Virus record (IMG/VR): IMGVR_UViG_3300044297_000142
Span: 1-60,440 of that record
DNA from: a virus
Taxonomy: Duplodnaviria; Caudoviricetes
Length of the DNA stretch: 60,440 nucleotides
Reading direction: 5' to 3' (one strand)
Shown: positions 26,710 through 37,691 of the stretch, piece by piece
How positions within the stretch are numbered: the stretch's first letter is position 1
Layout of the letters: each line of letters starts with the position of its first letter
The notes under the pieces: generated by a model
The model's database searches: none
The model's input: the letters and a program-made list of their open reading frames with translations, nothing else
Told to the model about the DNA's origin: nothing
Position numbers and translations under genes: made by a program

Positions 26710-28088
26710 TGGCAGAAGAAGTCGTAGACAATTTGGTTGAAACGCCGTTAGACACGGCATATTATTCCCAAGATGCAAGTATAGATAAGTTACAGATTAT
26801 TACTGTGACTGGTCAGGCAATCGATGTTAAAAAATTGTTGATAGAATTCTCTTATTATGAAGATATTTTCAATTTTGTGGTGTCCGGTTATATTATACTC
26901 AGAGATGCGGTGGGTCTGGTTGAAAAATTACAGTTGACCGGTAAAGAATTCATTGAAATCAGTTTTGGTAAAGCCAGAGGTCTTAATACAGTAAACAATG
27001 ATTTTGTTTTTAGATTGTATGCCATTCCAAAAAGAACACCAAGTGGTAACCTAAACGCAGAATACATCAAATTGCATTTTTGTTCGGAAGAATTATTGTT
27101 GTCGGAACAAATCAAAGTTACAAAATCATACCCTGGAAAACCAATATACACAAATATTTACGACATTTTAGTAGACAAACTTAAAATAAAACCACAAAAT
27201 GTGACTGTTGAACAAACCGAGGGTAACTACGATTTTAATGTTAACACATTAAAACCTTTTGAAGCCATCAGTTGGATGTCCTGTTATGCAAGACCATCAA
27301 TTAATAACACGGTTGGTGCCGATATGTTGTTGTATGAAACAAGAGATGGATTTAATTTTAGGTCAATCAGTTCTTTGATGAAACAACCAATTTATAAGAC
27401 ATACACATATCAACCCAAAAACTTAGAAAATAGTGATTTTGGAAATCAATTAAATACAGTTCTTGAATATGAATTTATTAAAACTTTCAATTCTTTGGAT
27501 GATATAAATTCTGGTACATTTGCAAATCGTTTGATATCTTTGGATCCTTTGAACAGAACAGTAAAAGTTACAAATTTTGATTATGCAAAATATCTCAATC
27601 AAACAGGTGGTCAAACAAGTGCATTGGCTACCGCACCAAATAGATTGGGTTTAACGCAAAATCAGGCATACACAGGAACATTAAAACTTGGTGTTACCAA
27701 CTCCGAACAAAAATTAAGACCATATGTACAACAAGGTATTGGTTCATTGGCGAACGATATATACTTTGAGAAGTTTGTTCCTAATAGAACGTCGCAACTT
27801 TCTTTGGCGACATATACAAAAGTAAAGATAAAAATACCTGGTGATTCTGCAATTACCGTTGGAAAAACCATCAATTTTAATTTAATGACTTTGATGCAAT
27901 CGGATGAAAATGAAAAAGGTTTTGATCGTTACTATTCTGGAAAATATTTGGTTACTGCTGTGAGACATATTATACAATCACAAGGTGCATTTCAAACAAT
28001 ATTGGAAATTGCAAAAGAAAAACCAGATAATGCATACAGTTCAGTAAGTCCAAACAACACTAATTATAAACAGGCATTATTTGAATGA
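26709..28088 (+). CDS. baseplate hub-like tail protein
   Basis: YEDIF...SG.I...D, G.E.I.I.F, YET..GFNF.S, IPGD....VG, YSGKYLVTAVRH; sits between gp53 and gp5. Confidence 0.65.
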   Translation: MAEEVVDNLVETPLDTAYYSQDASIDKLQIITVTGQAIDVKKLLIEFSYYEDIFNFVVSGYIILRDAVGLVEKLQLTGKEFIEISFGKARGLNTVNNDFVFRLYAIPKRTPSGNLNAEYIKLHFCSEELLLSEQIKVTKSYPGKPIYTNIYDILVDKLKIKPQNVTVEQTEGNYDFNVNTLKPFEAISWMSCYARPSINNTVGADMLLYETRDGFNFRSISSLMKQPIYKTYTYQPKNLENSDFGNQLNTVLEYEFIKTFNSLDDINSGTFANRLISLDPLNRTVKVTNFDYAKYLNQTGGQTSALATAPNRLGLTQNQAYTGTLKLGVTNSEQKLRPYVQQGIGSLANDIYFEKFVPNRTSQLSLATYTKVKIKIPGDSAITVGKTINFNLMTLMQSDENEKGFDRYYSGKYLVTAVRHIIQSQGAFQTILEIAKEKPDNAYSSVSPNNTNYKQALFE

Positions 28089-28435
28089 ACTTTAAGAATT
28101 TTTTAGGTAAAGATGGTTTTTACTGGTGGGTCGGTGTGATAGAGAACCGAATAGACCCACTTGCTCTTGGCCGTTGTCAAGTTCGTATTTTTGGACACCA
28201 TGAAGATGGAAGTTCAGATTCGAAAGTAAAGATACCAACAGAATCATTGCCTTGGGCAACACCATTATATCCATGCAACACAGGAACAAAAACATTTAGT
28301 GTTCCTGAATTGGGTGATTGGGTTGTTGGTTTCTTCTTTGATGGTCAGGCAGGACAGTTTCCGGTGATGATGGGTGTATTACCTGGTTACAATCCAACAC
28401 TAGAAGATAAAGCTAAATCGGCAGGACAATACTAA
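28085..28435 (+). CDS. gp5: gp5 N-terminal OB-fold domain (stand-alone)
   Basis: WWVGVIENR.DP..LGRCQVRIFG.H, LPWA, G.WV.GFF.DG..Q.PVMMG. Confidence 0.88.
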   Translation: MNFKNFLGKDGFYWWVGVIENRIDPLALGRCQVRIFGHHEDGSSDSKVKIPTESLPWATPLYPCNTGTKTFSVPELGDWVVGFFFDGQAGQFPVMMGVLPGYNPTLEDKAKSAGQY

Positions 28436-29334
28436 TGGAAAATTTACCAGACGATTATTTCAGTAATACTGGCAAGTATGATATAATTAATTTTAAGGTG
28501 GTTGAAAAGTTCCCACCAAATTCTTTGTATGCAAAACTCATGGGTTCACCTGGTGTTCAAAATACACCATCGTTGGCCAGAGGTAATTTGAATAGTTCTA
28601 TCATTCAAGTGATGAATGGTAATCTTGCACACGCTTGTGATTTCAAATTCATTTTTAATGCAAATGTTGACTTGTTTACAGGTTTGACAAATCCAGTTAC
28701 TGCAATTCAGAAAGCTATCAAAGGCGCACAACTTAAAGCAACTGAAAGATTGAGACAGTTGGTACAAGGTGCAGCACAAAATTTTCGAAAAGCTGTAGAA
28801 GCATTGGTGAATCTAATGGGTCTTGATCCATCCGGACAGATTTCTTATTATTTTTCTTTAGGTAAAGATATTCTTAGAAAAGTTAATGAGGCCATCGAAG
28901 AAGTTGCTAAAATTACAGAAACTGTACTTGAATGGGTTTTCTTTGCACAACAAATTCAACAACTAATTAATTGGATTAACAGTTTACCAGGAAAAATAAA
29001 AAATTTGATACTGACCTGTTTAAATAGTTTTACCAATTCAATTAAAGCAATTGCAAATAATGTACAATCGTTGCCTAGTCAAATAACCAGTGCAACAGCA
29101 GCACAAATACAGGGAATTGCAAATCAATTTACTGCGGCTGCACAAACAGCTGCATCTGCCGCACAAGATGGTTTTAATTCAAACAACTCAAATCTACCCG
29201 CTGGTGTTGTTGCGGCAATTAAAGATCCTTCAATAGATTTAAACAGTTTGGATATTAATTTTTCTTCAGAACCAGCAAATACGGCAATAGAAAATTCGAC
29301 AAGTACCCAAATGGCACAAATGAAAGCTCCTTGA
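28435..29334 (+). CDS. hypothetical helical protein between the gp5 halves
   Basis: 299-aa ORF, TAATG-coupled. Confidence 0.7.
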   Translation: MENLPDDYFSNTGKYDIINFKVVEKFPPNSLYAKLMGSPGVQNTPSLARGNLNSSIIQVMNGNLAHACDFKFIFNANVDLFTGLTNPVTAIQKAIKGAQLKATERLRQLVQGAAQNFRKAVEALVNLMGLDPSGQISYYFSLGKDILRKVNEAIEEVAKITETVLEWVFFAQQIQQLINWINSLPGKIKNLILTCLNSFTNSIKAIANNVQSLPSQITSATAAQIQGIANQFTAAAQTAASAAQDGFNSNNSNLPAGVVAAIKDPSIDLNSLDINFSSEPANTAIENSTSTQMAQMKAP

Positions 29335-29335
29335 T

Positions 29336-30184
29336 ATGGCAGATAAACCAAGTTTTGTAACCACGTGGATTGAACCTGAATCGGCTGCCAATACAAATTA
29401 CCAGCCAGTTTATCCATATAATAACGTAACACAGACTAAAGGTGGACATTCATTTGAAATGGATGATACTCCAACACGTGAACGTGTCCGTCTACAACAC
29501 GGAAAAGGTACATTCTTTGAAATGCATCCGAATGGCGACCAAGTTACCAAAATTTTGGGTGATGGTTACACAATCATTCTTGGTGACCACAACATTTCAA
29601 TTGGTGTCGATGACGGACTCAACAAAAAGAAAGTAAACATCACAGTTTATGGCGATGTAAGTATGCATGTTACCGGAAACAAAGTTGAACAAGTTGACGG
29701 AAACGTAGAGCAATACATCAAAGGCAATTATAGACAAACAGTTGAGGGTTTGCACACCGTATCATCTTTCGGTAATATGGAAATTAACGCAGGTGCATCA
29801 ATTTTAGGTAAATTGACTGTAAATGTGCCTGATTATGTGAAAATCAACGGTGATTTATCCGTTTCGAGTGAAATTAAAGGTCAAAAAATCACATCAGAGA
29901 CAAGGGTTGATGCAGGAACAGGTATTTCTGCTGGTGCTCTTGGTTTTGTATCGGTAACAGGTGGTTTATCGATTGGTATTCCTGCAGCACTTCCACAAAA
30001 TATACTTTGTGCAGGTCCAATCACATCATTCACAAGTGTGAGTGCGCCTCTGGGTAGTTTTGGTGTTTCTTCAAGTGTTTTGGCTTTTGACATTATCAAT
30101 TCGTTGATCCGAAAAGTGCATACACATATGTCACCAAAAGGTCCTACAACTCCACCATTAAATTCAGAAACTTTATCAGCATGA
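29336..30184 (+). CDS. gp5: gp5 C-terminal spike/beta-helix part
   Basis: YPYN.V..T..GH.FE.DDTP..ER....H..GTF.E.HP.G, V.GN repeats, HTH..P.GPT. Confidence 0.85.
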   Translation: MADKPSFVTTWIEPESAANTNYQPVYPYNNVTQTKGGHSFEMDDTPTRERVRLQHGKGTFFEMHPNGDQVTKILGDGYTIILGDHNISIGVDDGLNKKKVNITVYGDVSMHVTGNKVEQVDGNVEQYIKGNYRQTVEGLHTVSSFGNMEINAGASILGKLTVNVPDYVKINGDLSVSSEIKGQKITSETRVDAGTGISAGALGFVSVTGGLSIGIPAALPQNILCAGPITSFTSVSAPLGSFGVSSSVLAFDIINSLIRKVHTHMSPKGPTTPPLNSETLSA

Positions 30185-31011
30185 GCGCAAATAGTATATA
30201 CGCATTATTGAATTTTCCATCAAATGATCCGACATTAAATGCTGCGGTCCAGCCGTTTTCAGCCAATGTTCAATATCAAATGAATTTGATGCCAAGTATG
30301 ATTAAAACTTGGCAGCAGGATGATATCGCAGCAAACAACACCACTGGTTATTTTGCAAATCCTGCTCAATCAGGAACACAAATTATATGGAATGGTGCAA
30401 ATAACATCGTTTCTATCACCACAGGTTTTATGGGTGGAAATACTGCAAATATCACAACAATTGTGACCAATACAATTGCTTTGGCCAACAATATATCAGT
30501 AAATACTGCAAATATGTTCATGTATCACACCAACAGATTGTCAAATGTGATAGAACCTGATGTAAACGGTGATTTACCACATTATCAGACAGCCATTGGA
30601 TATGGTAAAATGATTACCTATATTACCAACAAAACTGATGGCATACAAAACAATTCTGTGTTATTGGGCAGTTTTGGTAGTATTTTGGCCTCAAACAATG
30701 TTAATGCAAATGCGAATGTTTTTATATATTGGGCAAATTTACTCGCCAACACGATTTATTCTGATGGTATGGGAAACACGTATACCAACATTTCTTTAGC
30801 CAACGCACAAAATGCTTATGCTGCGTTTTCTGCTATGGATAGTGAATTATGGAATCGTAGACAGCAAGACATAGATTTCTTCACCAATACAAAAACTGTT
30901 ATGGATCGATATAATCATGTAAGTCAGTTTAACAACATAGGACAGACTGAAAACGATTTGATCATGAATCATATCGGTAGTGATAAACTGAAATCCAGAC
31001 TAAATTCATAA
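30181..31011 (+). CDS. hypothetical virion protein
   Basis: 276-aa Asn-rich ORF in baseplate operon. Confidence 0.65.
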   Translation: MSANSIYALLNFPSNDPTLNAAVQPFSANVQYQMNLMPSMIKTWQQDDIAANNTTGYFANPAQSGTQIIWNGANNIVSITTGFMGGNTANITTIVTNTIALANNISVNTANMFMYHTNRLSNVIEPDVNGDLPHYQTAIGYGKMITYITNKTDGIQNNSVLLGSFGSILASNNVNANANVFIYWANLLANTIYSDGMGNTYTNISLANAQNAYAAFSAMDSELWNRRQQDIDFFTNTKTVMDRYNHVSQFNNIGQTENDLIMNHIGSDKLKSRLNS

Positions 31012-31087
31012 AATTCGAAATTTTGCGTTCCGGCCCCTGAATTTTTCGGACGCAGCTCAAGGTTCCTAAAAAGCGTTTTACTCCTAC

Positions 31088-31095
31088 GATAAATA
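31088..31095 (+). promoter_or_regulatory. late-type promoter GATAAATA
   Basis: Immediately before the gp25 ATG. Confidence 0.55.
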
Positions 31096-31099
31096 GAAG

Positions 31100-31492
31100 A
31101 TGGCAAATATAACTAAACTTTACTCCGATATAGACTTCACATTCATCCGCAAACCAGGGACGAATGATGTTGCACTTAGTTATGATAATCAAGCCGTCAT
31201 TCGTTCCGTTCGTAATCTATTACAAACCAAACACTATGATAGACCTTTCAACCCAGGACTAGGTTCCAATATGGAACTTATGTTGTTTGAGCCAGTTTCA
31301 GACATGACAGCTTCATCTATCGAAGCTGAAATAAAAAATACTATTGAAAACTATGAAAAAAGAGTTAGTTTAAAGAATGTTAAAGTTGTTCCAAGTCCGG
31401 ATCAAAATGCATACGAAGCAAGTTTAACATTTTTCTTAGAAAATGCAACAATACCAACAACAATAACACTTCTTCTAGAGAGAAATAGATAA
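31100..31492 (+). CDS. gp25: baseplate wedge subunit
   Basis: YSDIDF.F, AV.RSVRNL..T..Y.RPF.P..GS, I.NYE.RV. Confidence 0.93.
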   Translation: MANITKLYSDIDFTFIRKPGTNDVALSYDNQAVIRSVRNLLQTKHYDRPFNPGLGSNMELMLFEPVSDMTASSIEAEIKNTIENYEKRVSLKNVKVVPSPDQNAYEASLTFFLENATIPTTITLLLERNR

Positions 31493-31493
31493 A

Positions 31494-33572
31494 ATGGCTG
31501 GTGCAAATACAAATGTTCAAATAACCGACCTTGACTTCGACACAATCAAAAATAATTTAAAAACATTTTTGAAGTCACAGGACGTACTAAAAGATTACAA
31601 CTATGAAGGTTCTGCACTTTCAGTTTTGTTGGATCTTTTATCATACAATACGCAATATAATGCATACTACTTGAATATGGTAGCTAATGAAATGTTTTTG
31701 GATTCTGCAATCCAAAGAGATTCTGTGGTTTCACAAGCAAAACTATTGAATTACACACCAAGATCAGCAGTTGCACCAACAGCTACAATTACTTTGACTG
31801 TAAATCAAGTAACATCCGCTTCATTGACTTTACCAAAATATACAACTTTTTTATCTGAAGCAATTGATGGTATCAACTATGCGTTTGTTACACCAGAATC
31901 ACACACAGTTAATGTGGTAAATAATGTTGCAACATTTCAAAATATAAGCATCAAACAAGGTGTATCTTCAGGCATTTCTTATACTGTAAACTCAACACAG
32001 AATCCAACATATACATTTAAAATTCCTGATGTAAGTGTGGATACATCTACATTACAGGTAACAATTCAACAATCATCCACCAACACATCCATACAAACAT
32101 TCACCAGAGCTACAGATGTTTTAAATTTGGATGAAACCTCACAGGTATATTTCTTGCAAGAAGGTTTGGGTGGTTATTACGAAATTTACTTTGGTAATGG
32201 TCTGATTGGTAAAAAACTAACAGATGGCAATATTGTTCAAATGTCGTACTTGACAACATCCGGTACATCAGCATATGGTGCAAATAGTTTTGTGATTATG
32301 GCACCTGTTGGTGGTTATTCAAACACCAGCATAACACCAATCACATCTGCAACATCAGGTTCAACAAAAGAATCTATCAATTCTATCAAATTCCAAGCAC
32401 CAAAATCATATGCAGCTCAAGGCCGTGCAGTTACTAAAGAAGATTATATTACTGCGATGCAACAAAATAATTTGGGTATAACATTTGATGCGGTGAATGT
32501 ATGGGGTGGACAAGAAAACGATCCTCCAGTCTATGGTCAAGTGTTTATTTCTGCAAAACCAAATGGCGGTTATACATTTACAGACGTTCAGAAACAAAAA
32601 CTATTGGACCAAGTCATCAAACCAATTTCGGTAATGACAGTACAGCCAACGTTTGTTGATCCAGACTACACATACATTCAGATTACCACAAATGTTCTAT
32701 ATGATCCAAAGAAAACTGTATTGAGTTCTGGTCAGTTACAAGCTGCAATTAAAAATGCAATCTCATCTTATTCTGTTCAGTCATTAAATACTTTCAATTC
32801 AACATTCTCTGTTACAGATTTCAATGAAATTGTAAAAAATGTGGATTCTTCAATCATTGCAAATGAAATTAACATTCAGGTGCAAAAGAAAATTTATCCT
32901 AATTTAACAATACCATCCACATACACACTACACTATGGAACACCACTTAAAAAAGGATTGTTTCAAACTGGTGTAAGTAGTTCACCATCGATGGTTTTTA
33001 GAAATCCAATTAATCTGGCAGAAACAATTTCTGGTGTATACATTGAAGAAGTTCCTTCATCTACAGGTGGTGTCGAATCTATTTTGATTACCAATCCAGG
33101 TTTCAGTTATCAATATGCACCAACCGTAACTATCAAAGGTGATGGTGTAGGCGCAACAGCCACAGCCGAAATCAATTCAAACGGTGTGTTAAGATCAATC
33201 AATGTAACAAACGCAGGTTCAGGATACACCAGTGCAATTGCAGTTATTACGCCACAATATAACGATAGTACAGGCCAACAAGGTGCTGCGGTTGTTATAT
33301 TAACAGGTCGTTATGGTACATTGAGAACATATTATAACAACACAGATAATGTGAAAACTGTTTTCAATAACAATGCAGGAACAGTAGACTATGAATTGGG
33401 TATAGTTACTTTGAATTCTTTAGGTGCTTTGGATGTTGATAATCCTTTGGGTCAGTTAACAATCACGGCAAATCCAACCACAACAATTGTTTCTTCTTCA
33501 TATAATAGAGTTATTACCGTTGATCCTTTTGATCCTGGTGCCATCGTAGTCAATTTAACCGCTAAGACATGA
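31494..33572 (+). CDS. gp6: baseplate wedge subunit
   Basis: LDFD.IK..L..FL, DY..EGS, NE.FLDSA..R.SVVS.AK.L.Y.P.S, Q.RAVT..DY, WGG.E. Confidence 0.94.
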   Translation: MAGANTNVQITDLDFDTIKNNLKTFLKSQDVLKDYNYEGSALSVLLDLLSYNTQYNAYYLNMVANEMFLDSAIQRDSVVSQAKLLNYTPRSAVAPTATITLTVNQVTSASLTLPKYTTFLSEAIDGINYAFVTPESHTVNVVNNVATFQNISIKQGVSSGISYTVNSTQNPTYTFKIPDVSVDTSTLQVTIQQSSTNTSIQTFTRATDVLNLDETSQVYFLQEGLGGYYEIYFGNGLIGKKLTDGNIVQMSYLTTSGTSAYGANSFVIMAPVGGYSNTSITPITSATSGSTKESINSIKFQAPKSYAAQGRAVTKEDYITAMQQNNLGITFDAVNVWGGQENDPPVYGQVFISAKPNGGYTFTDVQKQKLLDQVIKPISVMTVQPTFVDPDYTYIQITTNVLYDPKKTVLSSGQLQAAIKNAISSYSVQSLNTFNSTFSVTDFNEIVKNVDSSIIANEINIQVQKKIYPNLTIPSTYTLHYGTPLKKGLFQTGVSSSPSMVFRNPINLAETISGVYIEEVPSSTGGVESILITNPGFSYQYAPTVTIKGDGVGATATAEINSNGVLRSINVTNAGSGYTSAIAVITPQYNDSTGQQGAAVVILTGRYGTLRTYYNNTDNVKTVFNNNAGTVDYELGIVTLNSLGALDVDNPLGQLTITANPTTTIVSSSYNRVITVDPFDPGAIVVNLTAKT

Positions 33573-36307
33573 TTAATAACAACGAAAAAACATCTTTGCT
33601 GGTCGGTTCACAGTTACCTGAATTTGTACAATCAGACCCCGACTACGAAAATTTTAGACTGTTTCTCCAGGCTTATTATGAATGGATGGAACAAGAGGGT
33701 AATGCTTTACAAAGAGCAAAGAATCTTCCATTGTATCACGATATTGATACAACAACGAATGAATTTTTGAATTATTTTGTAAATGATTTTTTACCATATT
33801 TTCCAAATGATACACTTTTAGACCAAAAAGAAGCGGTAAAGATTGCAAGACAGTTGTACCAGACAAAAGGTACACCTGCATCATATAAATTTCTTTTTAA
33901 AGTACTTTACAACTCCGATTTTGATATTTTTTATACCAAAGATGCGGTATTAAGAGCATCGGCTGGTGTTTGGTATGTTGCAAAAAGTTTAAAGTTGGCT
34001 ACTGGTGACAAAAGATTTTTAAACATACAAAATTATAGATTATTTGGTGAAACATCTAAATCAATTGCAACTGTAGAAAATGCAATTTTGGCTGGCACAA
34101 AAATAGAAGTTTTTATTTCAAACATTGAAAGATTGTTTCAATCTGGCGAGTTTGTTCGTGTTGTTGATAATAACAATCAAGATGTTCTTTTTGATGGTGA
34201 ACCACTCAGATCAAAAATTGTAGGTCAAATCAGTCAAATCAACGTTGATCCAAAAAATAGAGGATTGTTGTATCAGCCTGGTGATCCAGTAATTGTTTAT
34301 AATGGTTTAAATCCAGAAATTCAAAATCCAATAGGCGCAGTCGCTGAAGTTGGCCAAACAACAACAGGTTCAATACAAAGTATCAAAGTATTGACCGGAG
34401 GTTATGGTTATACAGAATTTCCAAATACAATCATACAATTAACCAATGCGCCAGGTGCAAATGCAGTTGTTGGAACATTAAATCCAGTTGGTCAGGCTAA
34501 TGTTGCATTGGTACCATCAGATAGTATTGGATTGAAAAAAGATATTATTCTTGGTAATACCAATTATTATTTTTCAAATACTGTAACATCAAATATAACT
34601 ACAAAATTATCTGACGCATTTACATTTACATCTTTTGCAACATTTCCTTTATCTTCTATATTGGTTGTAAACGGCGGCGGTGGAATTGTAAAAATACCAA
34701 CTGCGACAGCTATATCAAAATATCCAACAGATTCTGCAAATTCAGCCACAATTTCTTCAATGGGTATTCTTGGACCAGTACAAATATTAAATGGTGGACA
34801 TGGTTATCAAGCCAATGATACGATTGTTTTTACTGGTGGTTCTGGTCAAGGTGCATATGCAAATGTTATCTCTGTAAATGCAACAGGATCTATTACAAAA
34901 GTTGATTATGTTCAAGGTCCTTTCAAAGGATATCCATACGGTGGTATGGGATACAAAGGTACTGACTTGCCTTCTCTTTCTGTTTCTTCTGCAAATACAC
35001 AAGCGGCAAACGCACAGTTATTTGTTCCTGGAATCTTAGGTGAAGGTGCAACATTCTCGGTCGTTGTTGATCGTGCAGGTTCTGTTACAACAATTAAACT
35101 GATAGATGGTGGTCAAGATTATATTACAACACCAAATGTGTCTTTAAAAGTACAAGATATTGTTGTTTCAAATGTATCAATATTCAATCTACCACAAAAA
35201 GGTGATGTTGTTTACCAAGGTGCAAACATCGATGTTTCAACATATAGTGCCACAGTAAACTCAATTTCTGAACTAACATATGATGATGATCCAACAAAAT
35301 CTTTTTGGAATTTAAGAGTTTTTAATTATAATTCCACACCAAATACAAACCTGACTTTGAATATTGATAAAAATATTCATATGCCTATGGCAAATACACA
35401 GTTTGATTCTAATTATGATGCAACTGGTGTTAGAAATTATGGTGATGGATCAGCCAAGGCAACTGCAAAGTTCTTAAACGGATTGGTTGTAAGTCAAGGA
35501 CAGTATCTAAACACACAAGGTCAACCAAGTTCTTTTGATGTATTACAAAGTTCAAAATACAATAACTATACCTATCAAGTCACAGTACAAGAATCTATTG
35601 CAAAATATAGAAACATATTGCTGAATCTATTACATCCAACTGGTATGAGATTGATTGGTCGTTATGCAATGAAATCAGAGGGCACAGTTGATTACCATAT
35701 CCAAGATAAATTGTATCGTGGTTATCCATTATATCATTTTACTGGTGAAGGATCATATGTCACAATGACCAGTGATTATACAAATAAGAGTAATAATATT
35801 GCAACATTCTACAATTTGAATGGTGCAAACCTTCAAAACATCATATCGGTTGGAAATACATCAATTGATATTACAACAACAAATGGTCCAAGTGTATACG
35901 GAAAAGTCATTTCTGTTGCAAACAATCAGGTTAAATTTGAATCTAATACTTGGTTAACATACTCCAATGTGGCTGTGGCCACAGGAAATTCAGGTCAGAA
36001 CACAATAAATATTGTATCTTTGACCGGTGCATATGATATCATAAACAATGGTTATTATAGTAATACAGACTTTACTTTTGGTCCTTTGATGGACATAATA
36101 TTTGTTGGTGATTCTGTATTGGTTGGCAATAACACAAGTAAGATTGTTAAATCTATAGATTATGCAAATGGTATAATTACACTTACAACAAATCTATCTG
36201 CGGCTGCCAATTCTTACTTGTCCGTTAAGAGAAACTTTGTGGCAAATTCAACCATCGTATCAGATCAAATTCAAATATTTAATCCAATAGATTCAATCTA
36301 TCAGTAA
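33569..36307 (+). CDS. gp7: baseplate wedge initiator-like protein
   Basis: QLPEFV..D...F..FL.AYYEW, Y..KGT..S..FLF..LY, LQ.S..Y..Y.Y, LLHPTG; lies between gp6 and gp8. Confidence 0.75.
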   Translation: MINNNEKTSLLVGSQLPEFVQSDPDYENFRLFLQAYYEWMEQEGNALQRAKNLPLYHDIDTTTNEFLNYFVNDFLPYFPNDTLLDQKEAVKIARQLYQTKGTPASYKFLFKVLYNSDFDIFYTKDAVLRASAGVWYVAKSLKLATGDKRFLNIQNYRLFGETSKSIATVENAILAGTKIEVFISNIERLFQSGEFVRVVDNNNQDVLFDGEPLRSKIVGQISQINVDPKNRGLLYQPGDPVIVYNGLNPEIQNPIGAVAEVGQTTTGSIQSIKVLTGGYGYTEFPNTIIQLTNAPGANAVVGTLNPVGQANVALVPSDSIGLKKDIILGNTNYYFSNTVTSNITTKLSDAFTFTSFATFPLSSILVVNGGGGIVKIPTATAISKYPTDSANSATISSMGILGPVQILNGGHGYQANDTIVFTGGSGQGAYANVISVNATGSITKVDYVQGPFKGYPYGGMGYKGTDLPSLSVSSANTQAANAQLFVPGILGEGATFSVVVDRAGSVTTIKLIDGGQDYITTPNVSLKVQDIVVSNVSIFNLPQKGDVVYQGANIDVSTYSATVNSISELTYDDDPTKSFWNLRVFNYNSTPNTNLTLNIDKNIHMPMANTQFDSNYDATGVRNYGDGSAKATAKFLNGLVVSQGQYLNTQGQPSSFDVLQSSKYNNYTYQVTVQESIAKYRNILLNLLHPTGMRLIGRYAMKSEGTVDYHIQDKLYRGYPLYHFTGEGSYVTMTSDYTNKSNNIATFYNLNGANLQNIISVGNTSIDITTTNGPSVYGKVISVANNQVKFESNTWLTYSNVAVATGNSGQNTINIVSLTGAYDIINNGYYSNTDFTFGPLMDIIFVGDSVLVGNNTSKIVKSIDYANGIITLTTNLSAAANSYLSVKRNFVANSTIVSDQIQIFNPIDSIYQ

Positions 36308-36320
36308 TAAATAAAATATT

Positions 36321-37682
36321 ATGTCAAATAAAAATATCTTCACACCACAAGCAAAAACACTATTGGTAGAACAAGTGTATTATTCACCTGTAGCAGTTGT
36401 GCCTCCATCAACACGCAACGCACAAACAATCTATACTTTTTTATCTAAAGTTGATGCATGGCCAAACGATAGTAATGTTCCTTCCCCTACCGCAGATGAA
36501 AGATACATCAAACAAACATTTAAAAACATGTTTGCTGCCAAGTTGGTCAAAGTATCTGATATGTCTCCTATTATTCCTAGAATAGATTGGGCGTCAGGAA
36601 CAATGTATGATTATTACCGTGATGACATTGATATGTTGGAACTAGATGAAAACGGTAATTTAATTCATAATTTTTATGTGAAAAATAGATACGATCAAGT
36701 TTTCAAATGCCTTTGGAACAATAATGGTGGCACATCAACAGTAGAACCATACTTTGAACCAGGTTCTTATGGAACAAATAACATTTTCCAAGGCGGTGAT
36801 GGTTACAAATGGAAATTTATCTATACTGTTGACTTTGGTTTAAAAGTTAATTTTATGGATGATACATGGATGCCTGTACCTGTTGGTGCAAATACACCAA
36901 ATCCATTACAAACAAGTGCAGGTGCTGGAAGTATCGATGTAATCAACGTAGTAAATTCTGGTTCTGGTTACGATCCTGCAAATGCGATTGTTTATATCAG
37001 TGTCACAGGAGATGGATATGGTGCCACAGCCGTGGCAAACGTATCAGGTGGCCAAATAAATGATATTATTGTTACATCACCAGGTTCAAACTATACATTT
37101 GCCGATGTGACAATCACATCAGCTTTAGGTGCAAATGCAGTTGCGGTTGCACCAACTTCACCAATCGGTGGTCATGGATATGATCCAATCTCCGAACTTG
37201 GATGCAGACATGTTATGATTACCTCACAGTTTGATGGCAGTGAAGGCAATGTTTTGCCAACAGATAATGATTTTCACCAAGTAGGTCTTTTGGTAAACCC
37301 AACAACAATTTCTGCTTTCCCATATCCAGCAAACGGTGAAATTTATCGAACAACAACCGATATTATTGTTGCGCCAGGTTTTGGTGCATATACAGGTGAT
37401 GAATTTGTTTATCAAGGTTCGTTGGCTAATCCAACATTTACTGCAAATGTTTTATCATTTAACACCTCAACTAATGTATTATACTTGATAAATACCACAG
37501 GAATTATAACAACAAACGCTCCAATTTTTGGAAGTTCATCTAAAACAACAAGAACCGTATTGTCTTATAGCACTCCAGATTTTGCACCATTCTCAGGATA
37601 CATGATGTTAATTGAAAACAGATCCGCCGTGCAAAGAAGTGTTGATGGCATAGAACAGTTCAGATTTGTACTGGGTTTTTAA
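36321..37682 (+). CDS. gp8: baseplate wedge subunit
   Basis: IPR.DW.SG..YD.Y, FYV.N....V.KCL.N, DGYKWK.IYT, P.GGHG.D...ELG, IENR. Confidence 0.88.
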   Translation: MSNKNIFTPQAKTLLVEQVYYSPVAVVPPSTRNAQTIYTFLSKVDAWPNDSNVPSPTADERYIKQTFKNMFAAKLVKVSDMSPIIPRIDWASGTMYDYYRDDIDMLELDENGNLIHNFYVKNRYDQVFKCLWNNNGGTSTVEPYFEPGSYGTNNIFQGGDGYKWKFIYTVDFGLKVNFMDDTWMPVPVGANTPNPLQTSAGAGSIDVINVVNSGSGYDPANAIVYISVTGDGYGATAVANVSGGQINDIIVTSPGSNYTFADVTITSALGANAVAVAPTSPIGGHGYDPISELGCRHVMITSQFDGSEGNVLPTDNDFHQVGLLVNPTTISAFPYPANGEIYRTTTDIIVAPGFGAYTGDEFVYQGSLANPTFTANVLSFNTSTNVLYLINTTGIITTNAPIFGSSSKTTRTVLSYSTPDFAPFSGYMMLIENRSAVQRSVDGIEQFRFVLGF

Positions 37683-37691
37683 AGGAATAAA

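Noticed and set aside
28085-30184. Intron, intein or homing endonuclease interrupting gp5
   Set aside because: The middle ORF has no HNH, GIY-YIG or LAGLIDADG motif or intein ends, and there is no non-coding space for intron structure.
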